Of a stretch of 64,000 bases of DNA, positions 1 to 9,272 are shown one piece after another. The notes under the pieces were generated by a model that made no database searches, was not told the DNA's origin, and worked only from the letters and a program-made list of their open reading frames with translations. The translations under genes were made by a program, and so were the position numbers. The DNA lies in NCBI GenBank assembly GCA_963758495.1, contig CAVWVI010000004.1:1024001-1088000 (forward strand). Direction: 5' to 3'. The first letter of the stretch is position 1, and the number at the start of each line of letters is the position of its first letter. Source of the DNA: Oligoflexia bacterium. GTDB taxonomy: Bacteria; Bdellovibrionota; UBA1018.

Positions 1-373
1 CGCCTGTCGGTTTTAAACTGACAATATTTAATCCTACTTTGTTTGCTTCAGTAATGGTCATTTTCATGAAAGCAGGAACATCTAATCTCTCGGAAAGTGT
101 TTCTTTCATACCCTGAAGATCTGTAGCTAAGCCACGCAGCTCATTTTTTTTCGTCTCGAGTGATTTCACAAAAGCTATAGATTCTTTCAGCTTTGCCTCT
201 ACCTTTTTTTTAGCCTCTTTTGCTGCAGCAATGTCCTTCTTTTTCATGATCAGAGGGGAATCATCATCGGTGATGAAGCTATGAAAATTAAGCCCCTGCA
301 TTACCAAGTAAACAAAAAGAATGGCCATTATCGGAATCTTATTGATAATCTCCTTTATTCTGTCAATATTCAC
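1..373 (-). CDS. pilO: Type IV pilus assembly protein PilO (5' part; runs off the window start)
   Basis: Not in the ORF track. Hand translation from GTG at 373 is open to base 1: MNIDRIKEIINKIPIMAILFVYLVMQG...KETLSERLDVPAFMKMTITEANKVGLNIVSLKPTG (N-terminal TM, coiled coil, PilO-like core). Directly follows pilM-pilN. Confidence 0.8.
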   Translation of the reverse strand, partial: MNIDRIKEIINKIPIMAILFVYLVMQGLNFHSFITDDDSPLIMKKKDIAAAKEAKKKVEAKLKESIAFVKSLETKKNELRGLATDLQGMKETLSERLDVPAFMKMTITEANKVGLNIVSLKPTG

Positions 374-379
374 GCCATT

Positions 380-1000
380 TCATCTCCGCTTTGCACTGAG
401 TTCAAAGTCCACAGCCTCTGCACCCATTTCACTCGCTGTTTGCTTAGTATCCACTAAGTCCACACTCATAAAAAATTCATTGTCCCGTAGATTTTTCATA
501 AAATCAGAAATTTGACTGAACCCGAGAGAACTCCCCTTGAATGAAATACTGGTACTGTCTAACTTAAACTCAGAGAGCCAAACCTCTTTAGGTATAGCAG
601 AAGAAACAGAGCGCCCTAATTGAAGAGGCTCTGCTCGATTTAAAATTAATTTTTGAATAATTTCTAATTTAGTTTTAATCGTAACTTCGTCTTCATCCAT
701 TGTTTTTTTCACAGAATCGTAACGTTTATATTGAGTGAGTTCGGTCTGAAGCTTTGCCGTCTCGCTGCTGAGTTTACTCAAAAATACATCCAGCTTATGC
801 AATTCTTCTTCTTTATAGTTATTTAATAATCCGTTTGCGACTAAAGCCACCACCACCGGTAGCCCAATTTTCCGTAATGGAAACTCTTTGAGCTGGTCGA
901 GATTGATTCCTTTTAAAAGTGAGCCACTTGTAGCGGCTCCCCCTTTCGCGCCACTCGAAAGGCCGGATTGTTTCAAGGTAGCAAGATTAATCTTAATCAC
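380..1000 (-). CDS. pilN: Type IV pilus assembly protein PilN
   Basis: MIKINL PilM-binding start, TM, coiled coil, IPKEVWLSEF...ISDFMKNL PilN domain; overlaps the pilM stop. Confidence 0.9.
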   Translation of the reverse strand: MIKINLATLKQSGLSSGAKGGAATSGSLLKGINLDQLKEFPLRKIGLPVVVALVANGLLNNYKEEELHKLDVFLSKLSSETAKLQTELTQYKRYDSVKKTMDEDEVTIKTKLEIIQKLILNRAEPLQLGRSVSSAIPKEVWLSEFKLDSTSISFKGSSLGFSQISDFMKNLRDNEFFMSVDLVDTKQTASEMGAEAVDFELSAKRR

Positions 1001-2106
1001 TTTGCACCGGCCCTTAACGCAAGTCCGATAGGAATGCCTGCAATAGGTGCAATATTTGTAAGGTATTCTTGAGTAAAAACAGCAGGGTCATAAGAAATAG
1101 AATTAAAGGGATTGATCAATTGAGTGGGTAATCCAATACTATCTTCGATAATCTTGGACAGTCCGGGTATTCGAGAACTCCCCCCACTGAGCAGAACATA
1201 TGCCACCGGTGCCCCGGTAGATGAGGCATTGTAAAAATCTAACGCTCTCTTAATTTCCGTGGCAAAATTCTCAGCCATAGTCATCATAAGATCGCTTACT
1301 TCTTGGGGCGTCGTTCCCCCAGGACCTCCATCTACTTTGAGAATCTCTGCATCGATAAAAGATAGATTCAAATTTTTCTGAATTTCAGAAGTAAGATTGT
1401 GGCCTCCAATTGCAGAGTCCTTTGTATAGACAGGAATTCCTGCATGAAGCACCATCAACTTCAAAGCACTTGCTCCAATATCAATAATGGCGACTGCTTC
1501 TGCGGGATTCATAGGGTAGTTGGCTTCAAAAAGATTTTGGAGCGCGAAAAAATCGACATCAATAATCTTTGCTTTCAAGTCCGAGTCTTGAATACATTTT
1601 ATATAAGTTTCAAGAACCGTTTTTTTTACCGCGACTAAAAGTACGTCAGTTTTATGGTCTTTTGAACGAGAAAGTACCTGATAGTCCATAACCACTTCTG
1701 AAACATCAAACGGAAGATACTGCTCTGCCTCCCAAAAAACTTGATCTTGTAAATCGCGCATATTCGGTACTTCAAGTGTCATGCGCTTGATAATTACCGA
1801 AGTCCCGGATAATGAAGCACAAACCGCCTTATTCTGAAGCTTAATTTGATCAACAAGAGTTTTTATGTTTTCTGTAACCGCAATCGGATTCACAATTTCT
1901 CTATTAACCACAACGTCTTCGGGTAGTTGGATAATACCAAAATGTAAAAGTTTCCACATTTTTCCAACTTTTTTTAATTCTACAAGTTTAATCGAGGACG
2001 TACCAATGCTCAAACCTACGGCAGTTTGAGACCCACCCCCGGAAAATAGTAGATCCGAAATTTTTGAAATAATTGGAGTTAATTTACTGAGTAGTGACCC
2101 TGCCAT
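997..2106 (-). CDS. pilM: Type IV pilus assembly protein PilM (actin-like)
   Basis: VGLSIGTSSIKLVEL, WEAEQYLPF, IIDIGA, LLSGGSS and IGLALR motifs; ATG at 2106 (track starts at TTG 2109). Confidence 0.95.
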   Translation of the reverse strand: MAGSLLSKLTPIISKISDLLFSGGGSQTAVGLSIGTSSIKLVELKKVGKMWKLLHFGIIQLPEDVVVNREIVNPIAVTENIKTLVDQIKLQNKAVCASLSGTSVIIKRMTLEVPNMRDLQDQVFWEAEQYLPFDVSEVVMDYQVLSRSKDHKTDVLLVAVKKTVLETYIKCIQDSDLKAKIIDVDFFALQNLFEANYPMNPAEAVAIIDIGASALKLMVLHAGIPVYTKDSAIGGHNLTSEIQKNLNLSFIDAEILKVDGGPGGTTPQEVSDLMMTMAENFATEIKRALDFYNASSTGAPVAYVLLSGGSSRIPGLSKIIEDSIGLPTQLINPFNSISYDPAVFTQEYLTNIAPIAGIPIGLALRAGAK

Positions 2107-2150
2107 CAAATTATATTTTATATTTCTATTAGAGAATGTTCAACTAGTAC

Positions 2151-2762
2151 TTAGTCGAAGGAACTTTCTGCCGAGGGCCCTGTGAGGAGCAAAACTGTGA
2201 GTCGATCTAATCGTTTTTCTGTCAAATCATTGGCAGGAATGATTCCAAATCCATTTACGGTATTTCCTCTTAATGCGGAAGCACTTCCCGTGAGATAATC
2301 ATAACAAAACTCGCTTACCAAACCTGGCACGCCTAATTCAACTCCTCGTCCGGAAGATACCCATAAATAGTCATCACGAAGGGATTCCTTCACTAAAGAT
2401 CCCATTCGAACAAGAGTTCCCTTAGACGCAGAACACTCTGGAAGACGCTCCACTATAAAATCTAGTTTTCCATCGGTTGTAAATCGGAGACGATAAGCAG
2501 CCCTATCAATACTGGCTTCTCGTTTAATACGATTCATTTCTTGTGCAAGATTTCTTGAAATTCTTCGCGTCATCCACTTGGGCCAACGCTCAGACACGAG
2601 AGGAATGGAAGAAAGGACAATAAAAACTACGATTGTCGCCAAAATCCAAAGCTGCCTTTTACGCTTAAAACGTGACTCTACCTTTTCCCACAGCTCGTAA
2701 TTCTGCCACTCGGATTGAGACCATCGCTCTTCTGCTACGTCGGTATCATGAATTGGAACCAT
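2151..2762 (-). CDS. Membrane-anchored FimT/minor-pilin-like protein without a canonical prepilin cleavage site
   Basis: Single TM followed by a long helix (RNLAQEMNRIKREAS) and beta strands; lies between pilD and pilM. Start uncertain. Confidence 0.5.
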   Translation of the reverse strand: MVPIHDTDVAEERWSQSEWQNYELWEKVESRFKRKRQLWILATIVVFIVLSSIPLVSERWPKWMTRRISRNLAQEMNRIKREASIDRAAYRLRFTTDGKLDFIVERLPECSASKGTLVRMGSLVKESLRDDYLWVSSGRGVELGVPGLVSEFCYDYLTGSASALRGNTVNGFGIIPANDLTEKRLDRLTVLLLTGPSAESSFD

Positions 2763-3523
2763 AATATATCACCCAAAAGATAGTAATATAAAGCACCTAT
2801 AACAAGAAAGGGGCCATAGGGTAAAGAGAGTTTCATAATGTTCTTTTTGCCTCTCAACAGCGCCCAGCCAATCCCTATCGAACTCCCAAAAACTGAGCTA
2901 ATAAAGACCGTTGCAAAAATTCCTGCTGGACCTAAAAAAGCCCCGATCATTGCCAGTAACTTGATATCACCGCCCCCTAGCCCCGACCTCCCGCTCATTT
3001 TTTGATAAATCCATGCTAATGCATAAAAACTTGAAAATCCAATTATCGCACCTAGAAAACACCGTTTCCAACCCGCATCATCTAACAGAAAGCAAGTGAT
3101 TAACCCCAGAACAAGTCCTCCTAAACTCAACACATCAGGGATAATTCGATGCTCAAGATCAATAAAAGTAATCGCAATCAAAAGTGCAACAAAAGGCCAG
3201 TCTCTTATAATGAGAGTAGGAGTCCATCCAAAACGAAGCCGCACGGCAAAAAAAAGTAATCCAGTCAAAAGCTCGATCACTGGATATCGAATTGAAATTG
3301 CTTGTTTGCAAAAGCGGCATTTCCCCAATAAAAATAAATAACTCACTACCGGAATATTGTCCCACCAAGAAACTGCATGATTGCAATGAGGGCAATGACT
3401 CCCTGGCTTGATGATCGATTTGCCTAATGGAAGACGATAGACTAGGACATTCACAAAGCTACCCACTACAAGACCAGTAACAATACTGATACAATGAGTG
3501 AGCCAGATTGGCATATTCTCCAT
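2735..3523 (-). CDS. pilD: Prepilin peptidase / N-methyltransferase PilD
   Basis: GSFVNVLVYRLP, SHCPHC...GKCRFC Zn motifs, FIDLEHRIIPD, GLGGGDIKL, LPYGPFL. Confidence 0.96.
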   Translation of the reverse strand: MENMPIWLTHCISIVTGLVVGSFVNVLVYRLPLGKSIIKPGSHCPHCNHAVSWWDNIPVVSYLFLLGKCRFCKQAISIRYPVIELLTGLLFFAVRLRFGWTPTLIIRDWPFVALLIAITFIDLEHRIIPDVLSLGGLVLGLITCFLLDDAGWKRCFLGAIIGFSSFYALAWIYQKMSGRSGLGGGDIKLLAMIGAFLGPAGIFATVFISSVFGSSIGIGWALLRGKKNIMKLSLPYGPFLVIGALYYYLLGDILWFQFMIPT

Positions 3524-3527
3524 GCGT

Positions 3528-4355
3528 TCAAACCTCCCGACTCTGAATCAGAAACCCTGCAATGATTAAAAGCAGTGTTACCATAAAGAAGCCATATAGA
3601 ACACTGCAGCAGAACAAAGTCAAAGAGACAGGAAGACCGTAGGTAACCTTAAGCCCAAAATTAAAATACTCTAGATTAGGTAAAATCGTCGCAACGAATT
3701 CAAGTATCGCTCTTCGGGCAGGAGATTGTATACGAGCGGCAACTAATCTCACCTGCGAAATATTAGATCCAATGACGTAAAATCCGATTGAATAAATAGC
3801 TGCCAACGAGGTTGTTGAAAAAGTGGAAAATAATATGGCTAGACTCGAAATGAGTAAACTTTGTATCAGGACAAGAAAAATTCCAAAAAATAACGTACGA
3901 GACAGTAATTGCACCCCACCGTCTGTGCATCTCAAAATAATCAAATAGGAAATGGACAGTAAGAACCAATTCAAAAATAAAACGCTAGCAAGCCCTACGT
4001 ATTTTCCAAAAATAAATTGCGCTTTAGAAATAGGATGACAAAGCGCAACATAAACCGTGCGTCGATCAAATTCCTTCGCTAAAAGACTCGATCCGGTAAA
4101 AATCGCAATCATGGCACAAGAAAAGGTGACCGCGGATAATCCAAAATCTAGAATGACCCGCTCCGGTCGGATAAAGGTCAATCGTGAAGCAAGAAAACCT
4201 ACACCAAAGAGCAAAAAACAGCACATTAATATATTGTAAAGAATTTTATCTCGTATGATTTCCAAAAAGGTAACAGTCCCGACAGCCTTGGCGACATTGA
4301 ATGTTCCAGGTTTTTTACCAGGTTTTTCATCCGATTTTTTAAATGACTCTTTCAT
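3528..4355 (-). CDS. ABC transporter permease (PilI-like in Myxococcus nomenclature)
   Basis: Six hydrophobic segments; TFLEIIRDKILY, KEFDRRTVY...PISKAQFIFGKY; 4-bp overlap with the ABC ATPase. Confidence 0.85.
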   Translation of the reverse strand: MKESFKKSDEKPGKKPGTFNVAKAVGTVTFLEIIRDKILYNILMCCFLLFGVGFLASRLTFIRPERVILDFGLSAVTFSCAMIAIFTGSSLLAKEFDRRTVYVALCHPISKAQFIFGKYVGLASVLFLNWFLLSISYLIILRCTDGGVQLLSRTLFFGIFLVLIQSLLISSLAILFSTFSTTSLAAIYSIGFYVIGSNISQVRLVAARIQSPARRAILEFVATILPNLEYFNFGLKVTYGLPVSLTLFCCSVLYGFFMVTLLLIIAGFLIQSREV

Positions 4356-5293
4356 TGCACTGAACCTCGTTCTTCGGACTGATCATCTCGTGCAAAGAGA
4401 TTTTCGAGCGAAGGCCGAATAGGAGAAACCGAGAGGATGTGAGCGGTCTCACTCAAAAGTTTCCTAAGGACTTGATCCACTTTTTCTTGACCTGCAACCA
4501 TCGCACGAATTTCGCCGCCAATTTCTTTGGCTGAACTGAATTCAGGCCAAGTGGATACATCTCCCATCTTTAAACCAGTGAAAGTGATTTCCACTTGTAA
4601 GCTCTCCTGTGTCAAAAACTGACCCATGGGTCCACACCCTAACAAATGACCTTTTTGGAGAAGAGCGACTTGATCACAAATCGCTTCGACGTCAGGAATC
4701 ACATGGGAACTAAAAAATACCGTTCGCCCTTCCGTTGATAGTTGAAGGATCAGCTCTCTCATCTCCTTTCTTCCTAACGGATCAAGACCACTCATCGGTT
4801 CATCTAAAACCAAGAACTCGGGATCATGAATCAAGGCTTGTGCAATTCCAATTCGCTGAAGCATTCCCTTAGAGTATCGTTTCAATTCAACATGTTGAGC
4901 ATGCTTCATCCCCACAGCAGAGAGCACCACTGGAATTCTAGATAAAATCGCAGCGCGACTCAAACCCGCCAACGCTCCGAAGTACTTCAACAGCCCGTCA
5001 CCTGTGAGATGCTCATGAAAATACGGGCGTTCAGGTAAATAACCCATCCTGGATTTTGCTTCGGCAGAACTCGCTTCATGTCCTAAAATTCGAACCTGAC
5101 CCCGAGAGGGTTTTCGTAGACCTGTAATCAAATGAATCAACGTCGTCTTGCCGGCGCCATTGGCTCCCAAAAATCCAAATATGGAACGCTCCGGTACCGT
5201 CAAACAAATGTCATGTAAGATTTGAACTCGGCGGAGCCAAAACCCTACCCGAAACGACTGATCCACCTCTGTCACTTCTAGAATTATGCTCAT
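4352..5293 (-). CDS. ABC transporter ATP-binding protein (PilH-like in Myxococcus nomenclature)
   Basis: Walker A GANGAGKTT, signature YSKGMLQR, Walker B LVLDEPMSGLDP. Confidence 0.93.
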   Translation of the reverse strand: MSIILEVTEVDQSFRVGFWLRRVQILHDICLTVPERSIFGFLGANGAGKTTLIHLITGLRKPSRGQVRILGHEASSAEAKSRMGYLPERPYFHEHLTGDGLLKYFGALAGLSRAAILSRIPVVLSAVGMKHAQHVELKRYSKGMLQRIGIAQALIHDPEFLVLDEPMSGLDPLGRKEMRELILQLSTEGRTVFFSSHVIPDVEAICDQVALLQKGHLLGCGPMGQFLTQESLQVEITFTGLKMGDVSTWPEFSSAKEIGGEIRAMVAGQEKVDQVLRKLLSETAHILSVSPIRPSLENLFARDDQSEERGSVQ

Positions 5294-5335
5294 TTTTTAT
5301 CATTTCAAATAATTAAGAACAGTTTCTCACTTTTT

Positions 5336-5396
5336 AAAACCGGTAGAAAAATCATACCAGCTTTGCCTAATACGGTATGATTTTTCTACCGGTTTT
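5336..5396. repeat. Perfect 23-bp inverted repeat (hairpin; terminator or operator)
   Basis: aaaaccggtagaaaaatcatacc (5336-5358) / ggtatgatttttctaccggtttt (5374-5396), 15-nt loop. Confidence 0.85.
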
Positions 5397-5400
5397 GCTG

Positions 5401-5501
5401 CAAGATAAGGGACACTCCTGTCCTTTATCTTGTCCTTATCTTCTTTTGTCGGTTTTTAAACCATTATAAGGGACATCTGTGTCTCTTATCCTGTCCCTTA
5501 T
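5401..5501. repeat. Two diverged ~35-bp units built from ATAAGGGACA / TGTCCCTTAT half-sites
   Basis: ataagggaca at 5405 and 5466; inverted variants at 5419, 5431, 5480 and 5492. Confidence 0.7.
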
Positions 5502-5507
5502 TGGAAA

Positions 5508-5696
5508 CTATCCTTTTGCCTTGTAGCGAGCGCCTTTTTTATCTCCAGACATTATCACTAATTTCAATTTAACTAAGCTAGCAAGCCGCCTTTGCGCTGA
5601 CTTATCACTTAAAGCAAACTCTTCCTCCAGCTCTACTTTCTCAGTGGTCTCGGTTGACATCCTTCGCATCTGAACTTTCAAATCGCATTCATCCAA
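5508..5696 (-). pseudogene. C-terminal winged-HTH fragment of a truncated accessory gene
   Basis: ELEEEFALSDKSAQRRLASLVKLKLVIMSGDKKGARY resembles the terminal wHTH of Fic/ATP-binding proteins; no convincing N-terminus. Confidence 0.5.
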
Positions 5697-5962
5697 TATG
5701 AAATACAGCCCTTTTTTGTTCTAAATTTATCGAAAACCCACGCTGTTTGGTTATTCAGTTCATTCCCGATGAACGAGCTCGTACCCAATGGGAACCAATC
5801 GGACAAGGTATAGAAAGCGAAGTTCTAATCTCCTTCTTTTTCCTGGAAGATTTTTTGGCTCATATTTTTTTAGATTTTCGCATATTTCTCTCAAAATTAT
5901 ATCCTAGTCTCTTCTTACTGGCAGCATTTCGGCCTTGAATTTACCAAAAGAAGCAGAAACAC

Positions 5963-5993
5963 TTGTCAATTAGTAACAGTTTTGTTACTAATT
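5963..5993 (+). promoter_or_regulatory. Putative promoter/operator of the AAA+ ATPase gene
   Basis: TTGTCA (-35-like, 5963-5968) overlapping a perfect 11-bp inverted repeat aattagtaaca-gttt-tgttactaatt (5968-5993). Confidence 0.55.
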
Positions 5994-5997
5994 AAGA

Positions 5998-7147
5998 GTG
6001 AGCAAAGCCTACAAAAAACCCCTTCAAGTTTGGAGATCCGGTCGAGGGTGACTACTACTTCCCCAGACCCCATCTGTCTCAGACTGTCATGCAATTCCTC
6101 GATAATCGGGTTCACGTCGTTCTAATAGGCCCCCGCCGCTTTGGAAAAACTTCCTTCGTTCTGGACACACTCCGACAATTGGAAGCTCGCGGAAAAACGT
6201 GCGTCTTCGTCGATATCTTCAATGTCACGTCTCATCGGGATTTTCTTCAGCAACTCCTCCGAGCACTGCGATCAAAAGCAACCTGGAGTCGGCGATTGAA
6301 AAAATGGATGGAGTCGCTTCCCCGATTGCGCCCCAAGTTCTCTTGGGAAACCGATCCGAGCACAGGAGAGGCTACTTTCTGGGTGGCACCCGAAATGATC
6401 GAGCGTGATATCAAAGACCTGATCCAAGATACAATCATTGCCCTAGGGGAAGTTGGCGACGAAGTTGTTGTTGCGATCGATGAGTTCCAGACTATTGCTG
6501 AACTGGAAGACGACGGCTGGCTTGAAGCCACTTTGCGAACACTCATGCAACAACTCAAAAATACGGCGTTCTTTTTCACAGGCTCCAGACGTTCAGTGAT
6601 TAACGATATGCTCAATAACGCGTCTCGCCCGTTTTATCGCTCCTGCCAGCCTATCGAGTTTCCTGCGCTTGAAGACACGTTTTCAGATTGGATTATTGCC
6701 CGCTTCAAAAGCGTCGAAGTTACTTGTACAAAAGAAGTAGTCAACAGCTTGCGTAAGCTCGTTCAAGACACCCCGAATTATGTCCAGATGGCTTGCTTCC
6801 ATCTCGTAGCTGAGGGCGTAGACAAGGTGGATCAACCCAAGGTTCAGGAAGTATTGCGGACGATCGTCAAGCAAAATGCCTATTCCTATCAAACACTGTT
6901 GAATTCACTTCGCCCCCTGCAGCAGCGGGCTCTCCGGTTGGCAGCGGTAGAATCTGAAGGAATTTTTTCAAAAGAGCTTCTTGGAAAATATGAAATCCCT
7001 AGCGGACCTGCTCTTGCTTCGAGTATCAAGTCTCTCAGACAAAAACAGATTCTCGATGAAGGAACATCAAAAGGCAAAGTGGTCTTTGATGACCCGCTGT
7101 TCGCGATTTGGTTGAAAACAGAGTTTGCGAATTCGAGCAGTCCTTAA
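5998..7147 (+). CDS. AAA+ P-loop ATPase with C-terminal wHTH (archaeal-type ATPase family); apparent +1 frameshift just after the start
   Basis: GPRRFGKTS, VAIDEFQ, FTGS, FDDPLFAIWL. The family N-terminal motif KNPFKFGDPVEGDYYFPR is in frame upstream of ATG 6089 but is preceded by TGA (5999-6001). GTG 5998 joins it if one A of gagcAAAgcct is removed. Confidence 0.8.
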
Positions 7148-7164
7148 AACTTGTCAAAAGATTC

Positions 7165-7388
7165 TCACAGAAATCTTTTGTAATTAATCTTGAGTGCTTC
7201 CCCGATTCGCATAGCGAGCTTTTTCCCAATCGAGCGCTCACCTTGTTCAATCTTTGAAACATCTCTCATCAAGCCCCCCCCAAGATCGTCTCAATAGCGT
7301 GAGCGGCCTCTTTCGGAACAAGATAAAGTTTTCGCTTCTTTCCTTCACTCACGTCAATCTTAATAAGGGTCTTCGCGACTTCCGACAT
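7165..7388 (-). pseudogene. Internally deleted XRE/HigA-like HTH antitoxin
   Basis: Not in the track. GGAGGT RBS then MSEVAKTLIKIDVSEGKKRKLYLVPKEAAHAIETIL..., then in another frame DVSKIEQGERSIGKKLAMRIGEALKINYKRFL*, the typical tail of this XRE family. The first HTH helices are missing. Confidence 0.65.
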
Positions 7389-7432
7389 ATGTTACCTCCA
7401 AAATTCGGATTTCATCTAGCCTTAAACAAATA

Positions 7433-8374
7433 TCAGAACTTCAACCCAAAGACAGGCTCATGAGGAGTCGTTGACGCTACGCGACCGTCCCGATCTAATC
7501 GAATTAGCCCACCCCAAGGGTCATGGCTGGCGGTGGGGTTGGCCTTAAGAAAATCCGTCCAAAAATTTTCCAACTGAACCCGAGAAGCAGTCTCGGAAGA
7601 TCGCTTTCGAGGCTGCGAATTGAGAAAGCCCTGGAAAGCCTGGTTGATTTGGAAAACAGAATAGCTGATTTGAAGATTCCATTTCTTCTTCTCTAACTCC
7701 TGCAAAATCCTTTCTTCTTTCGCTCCGGCAATCATAAACTCCAAAAGCTTAACTCCCACTTCATATTCGCCTCCCGGTTTTTCCAGCCTAGCTTTTAACC
7801 GCACTACATAAGCAGGCGCCCCAGGAAACTCTGCTGCGTGATGAAAAGCTTCTGCAGCATGGGGCATATCATTCAAATCAAACAAATAAACATAGGCGAG
7901 AAGTATGGGCACACTCCACACATCCCCCCAAAACTGCTTCTTAAATTTTCTTGGGTAATTCGGCAAGTCCTGCCGAATAAAAGTATTCCCTTTCAGGAGA
8001 AGATCCTTCGCTCCCTGAACATCCTTACTCACTACCGAAAGAATATTTCCGCCGGTATAATAGGCTTCAAAAAAAGCGGGGTCCAAATCAGTAATTAAAT
8101 CTAAATCAAAATAATATCCCGCATGAGTCCCAGGACTCACCGCCCCACCTGAGCCAGCATCTCCTAAAAACTTCATCAAAAGCCAATCAATCGCTAACGG
8201 AAGATGCCCCATCGAAAATGCCTTAAAAAGATCTGGGTCCATCTTTTTCGCCTGTTCGAAAGTAGGCTCCGCACTAGAACTCTCTATATTTCTAATGGTT
8301 TGATTCAACACACCCTGTGCGAATAATAGAATCATACAGAGCATTATTTTCAGTTGCCGCGGACACAGAGTCAT
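7433..8374 (-). CDS. Pilus-associated TPR-like protein (Myxococcus PilG / Geobacter XapA-like)
   Basis: MGHLPLAIDWLLMK, ITDLDPAFFEAY, AKDLLLKG, APAY and DPWGG motifs; sits between the pilins and the ABC transporter. Confidence 0.7.
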   Translation of the reverse strand: MTLCPRQLKIMLCMILLFAQGVLNQTIRNIESSSAEPTFEQAKKMDPDLFKAFSMGHLPLAIDWLLMKFLGDAGSGGAVSPGTHAGYYFDLDLITDLDPAFFEAYYTGGNILSVVSKDVQGAKDLLLKGNTFIRQDLPNYPRKFKKQFWGDVWSVPILLAYVYLFDLNDMPHAAEAFHHAAEFPGAPAYVVRLKARLEKPGGEYEVGVKLLEFMIAGAKEERILQELEKKKWNLQISYSVFQINQAFQGFLNSQPRKRSSETASRVQLENFWTDFLKANPTASHDPWGGLIRLDRDGRVASTTPHEPVFGLKF

Positions 8375-8484
8375 TCATGACCCAGTCTCTCTAGTCTAAT
8401 TAAATATTGCAAGTTGATATTAGTCTGTTAAACTTTTAATAAATAGACTTCATTCGAGCATATCAATTTAAAGGGACGGTTTTT

Positions 8485-9106
8485 ATGAGCATAAGAAGAG
8501 TTTCTAATAGAGATGATTTGAATAACCAAGGCTTTACTCTCATCGAACTCATGATTGTGGTTACAATCATTGGGATCTTGGCCTCGGTTGCCATCCCCAA
8601 CTATCAAAAATTTCAATCCCGTGCTCGCCAATCTGAAGCAAAAGTCGCACTCTCAGGGATTTCTACCACTGAAAACGCCTACGCCGTTGAGGTGAATTCT
8701 TACTCACTTTGTCTAAGCGATATTGGCTATGTTCCTAACTCAACTAAGCGATATTATACGACAGGGTTTCAAATAGCTGCCGGACCCGGAACCGGCTGTG
8801 GCCCTACAGGTCTATCGGCTTGTAATATATACCTGGGATCCCAATATAGCTCAGACCGCTACTTCAGGCGTAGCTTGTGCGCGTCAGCCCCAGCACCCTA
8901 TACTCAGACCACTAATTTGGGAATACCTGGCCACAAATAGCGCATCAGGTGCCCTCGCCGCAGACGGACAAATGCCTGCGACTGCATTCGCTCGAACTAC
9001 ATTCAGCGCTGGAGCGGTGGGACAAGTTTCTAGCAATACAGCAGTATTTGATCAATGGACTCTGAATAACCAAGGCCAATTAGCAAATGTGACTCCTGGT
9101 ATTTAA
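8485..9106 (+). pseudogene. pilA: Type IVa major pilin copy 1, frameshifted (pseudogene or sequence error)
   Basis: [38 protein letters not shown]. Homology to copy 2 moves to the +1 frame at ~8827 (ORF 8798-9106: YTWDPNI...DQWTLNNQGQLANVTPGI). Confidence 0.85.
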
Positions 9107-9272
9107 TCCCATTTCTAATAGAGATGATTTGAATAACCAAGGCTTTACTCTCATCGAACTCATGATTGTGGTTACAATCATTGGGATCTTGGCCTCGGTT
9201 GCCATCCCCAACTATCAAAAATTTCAATCCCGTGCTCGCCAATCCGAAGCAAAAGTCGCACTCTCAGGGATT
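8501..9272 (+). repeat. Direct repeat between the two pilin genes (offset 611 bp)
   Basis: 8501-8633 is identical to 9112-9244 (133 bp). After one mismatch, identity resumes over 8635-8661 / 9246-9272. Confidence 0.95.

Noticed and set aside
5904..5927. MLPVRR peptide identical to the start of the Xre antitoxin at 46095
   Set aside because: The codons differ and a stop follows two codons later; probably coincidence.
8428..9242. Two similar minus-strand ORFs (8428-8631, 9030-9242) beginning MASTGLKF
   Set aside because: They are antisense shadows of the duplicated pilin 5' ends.
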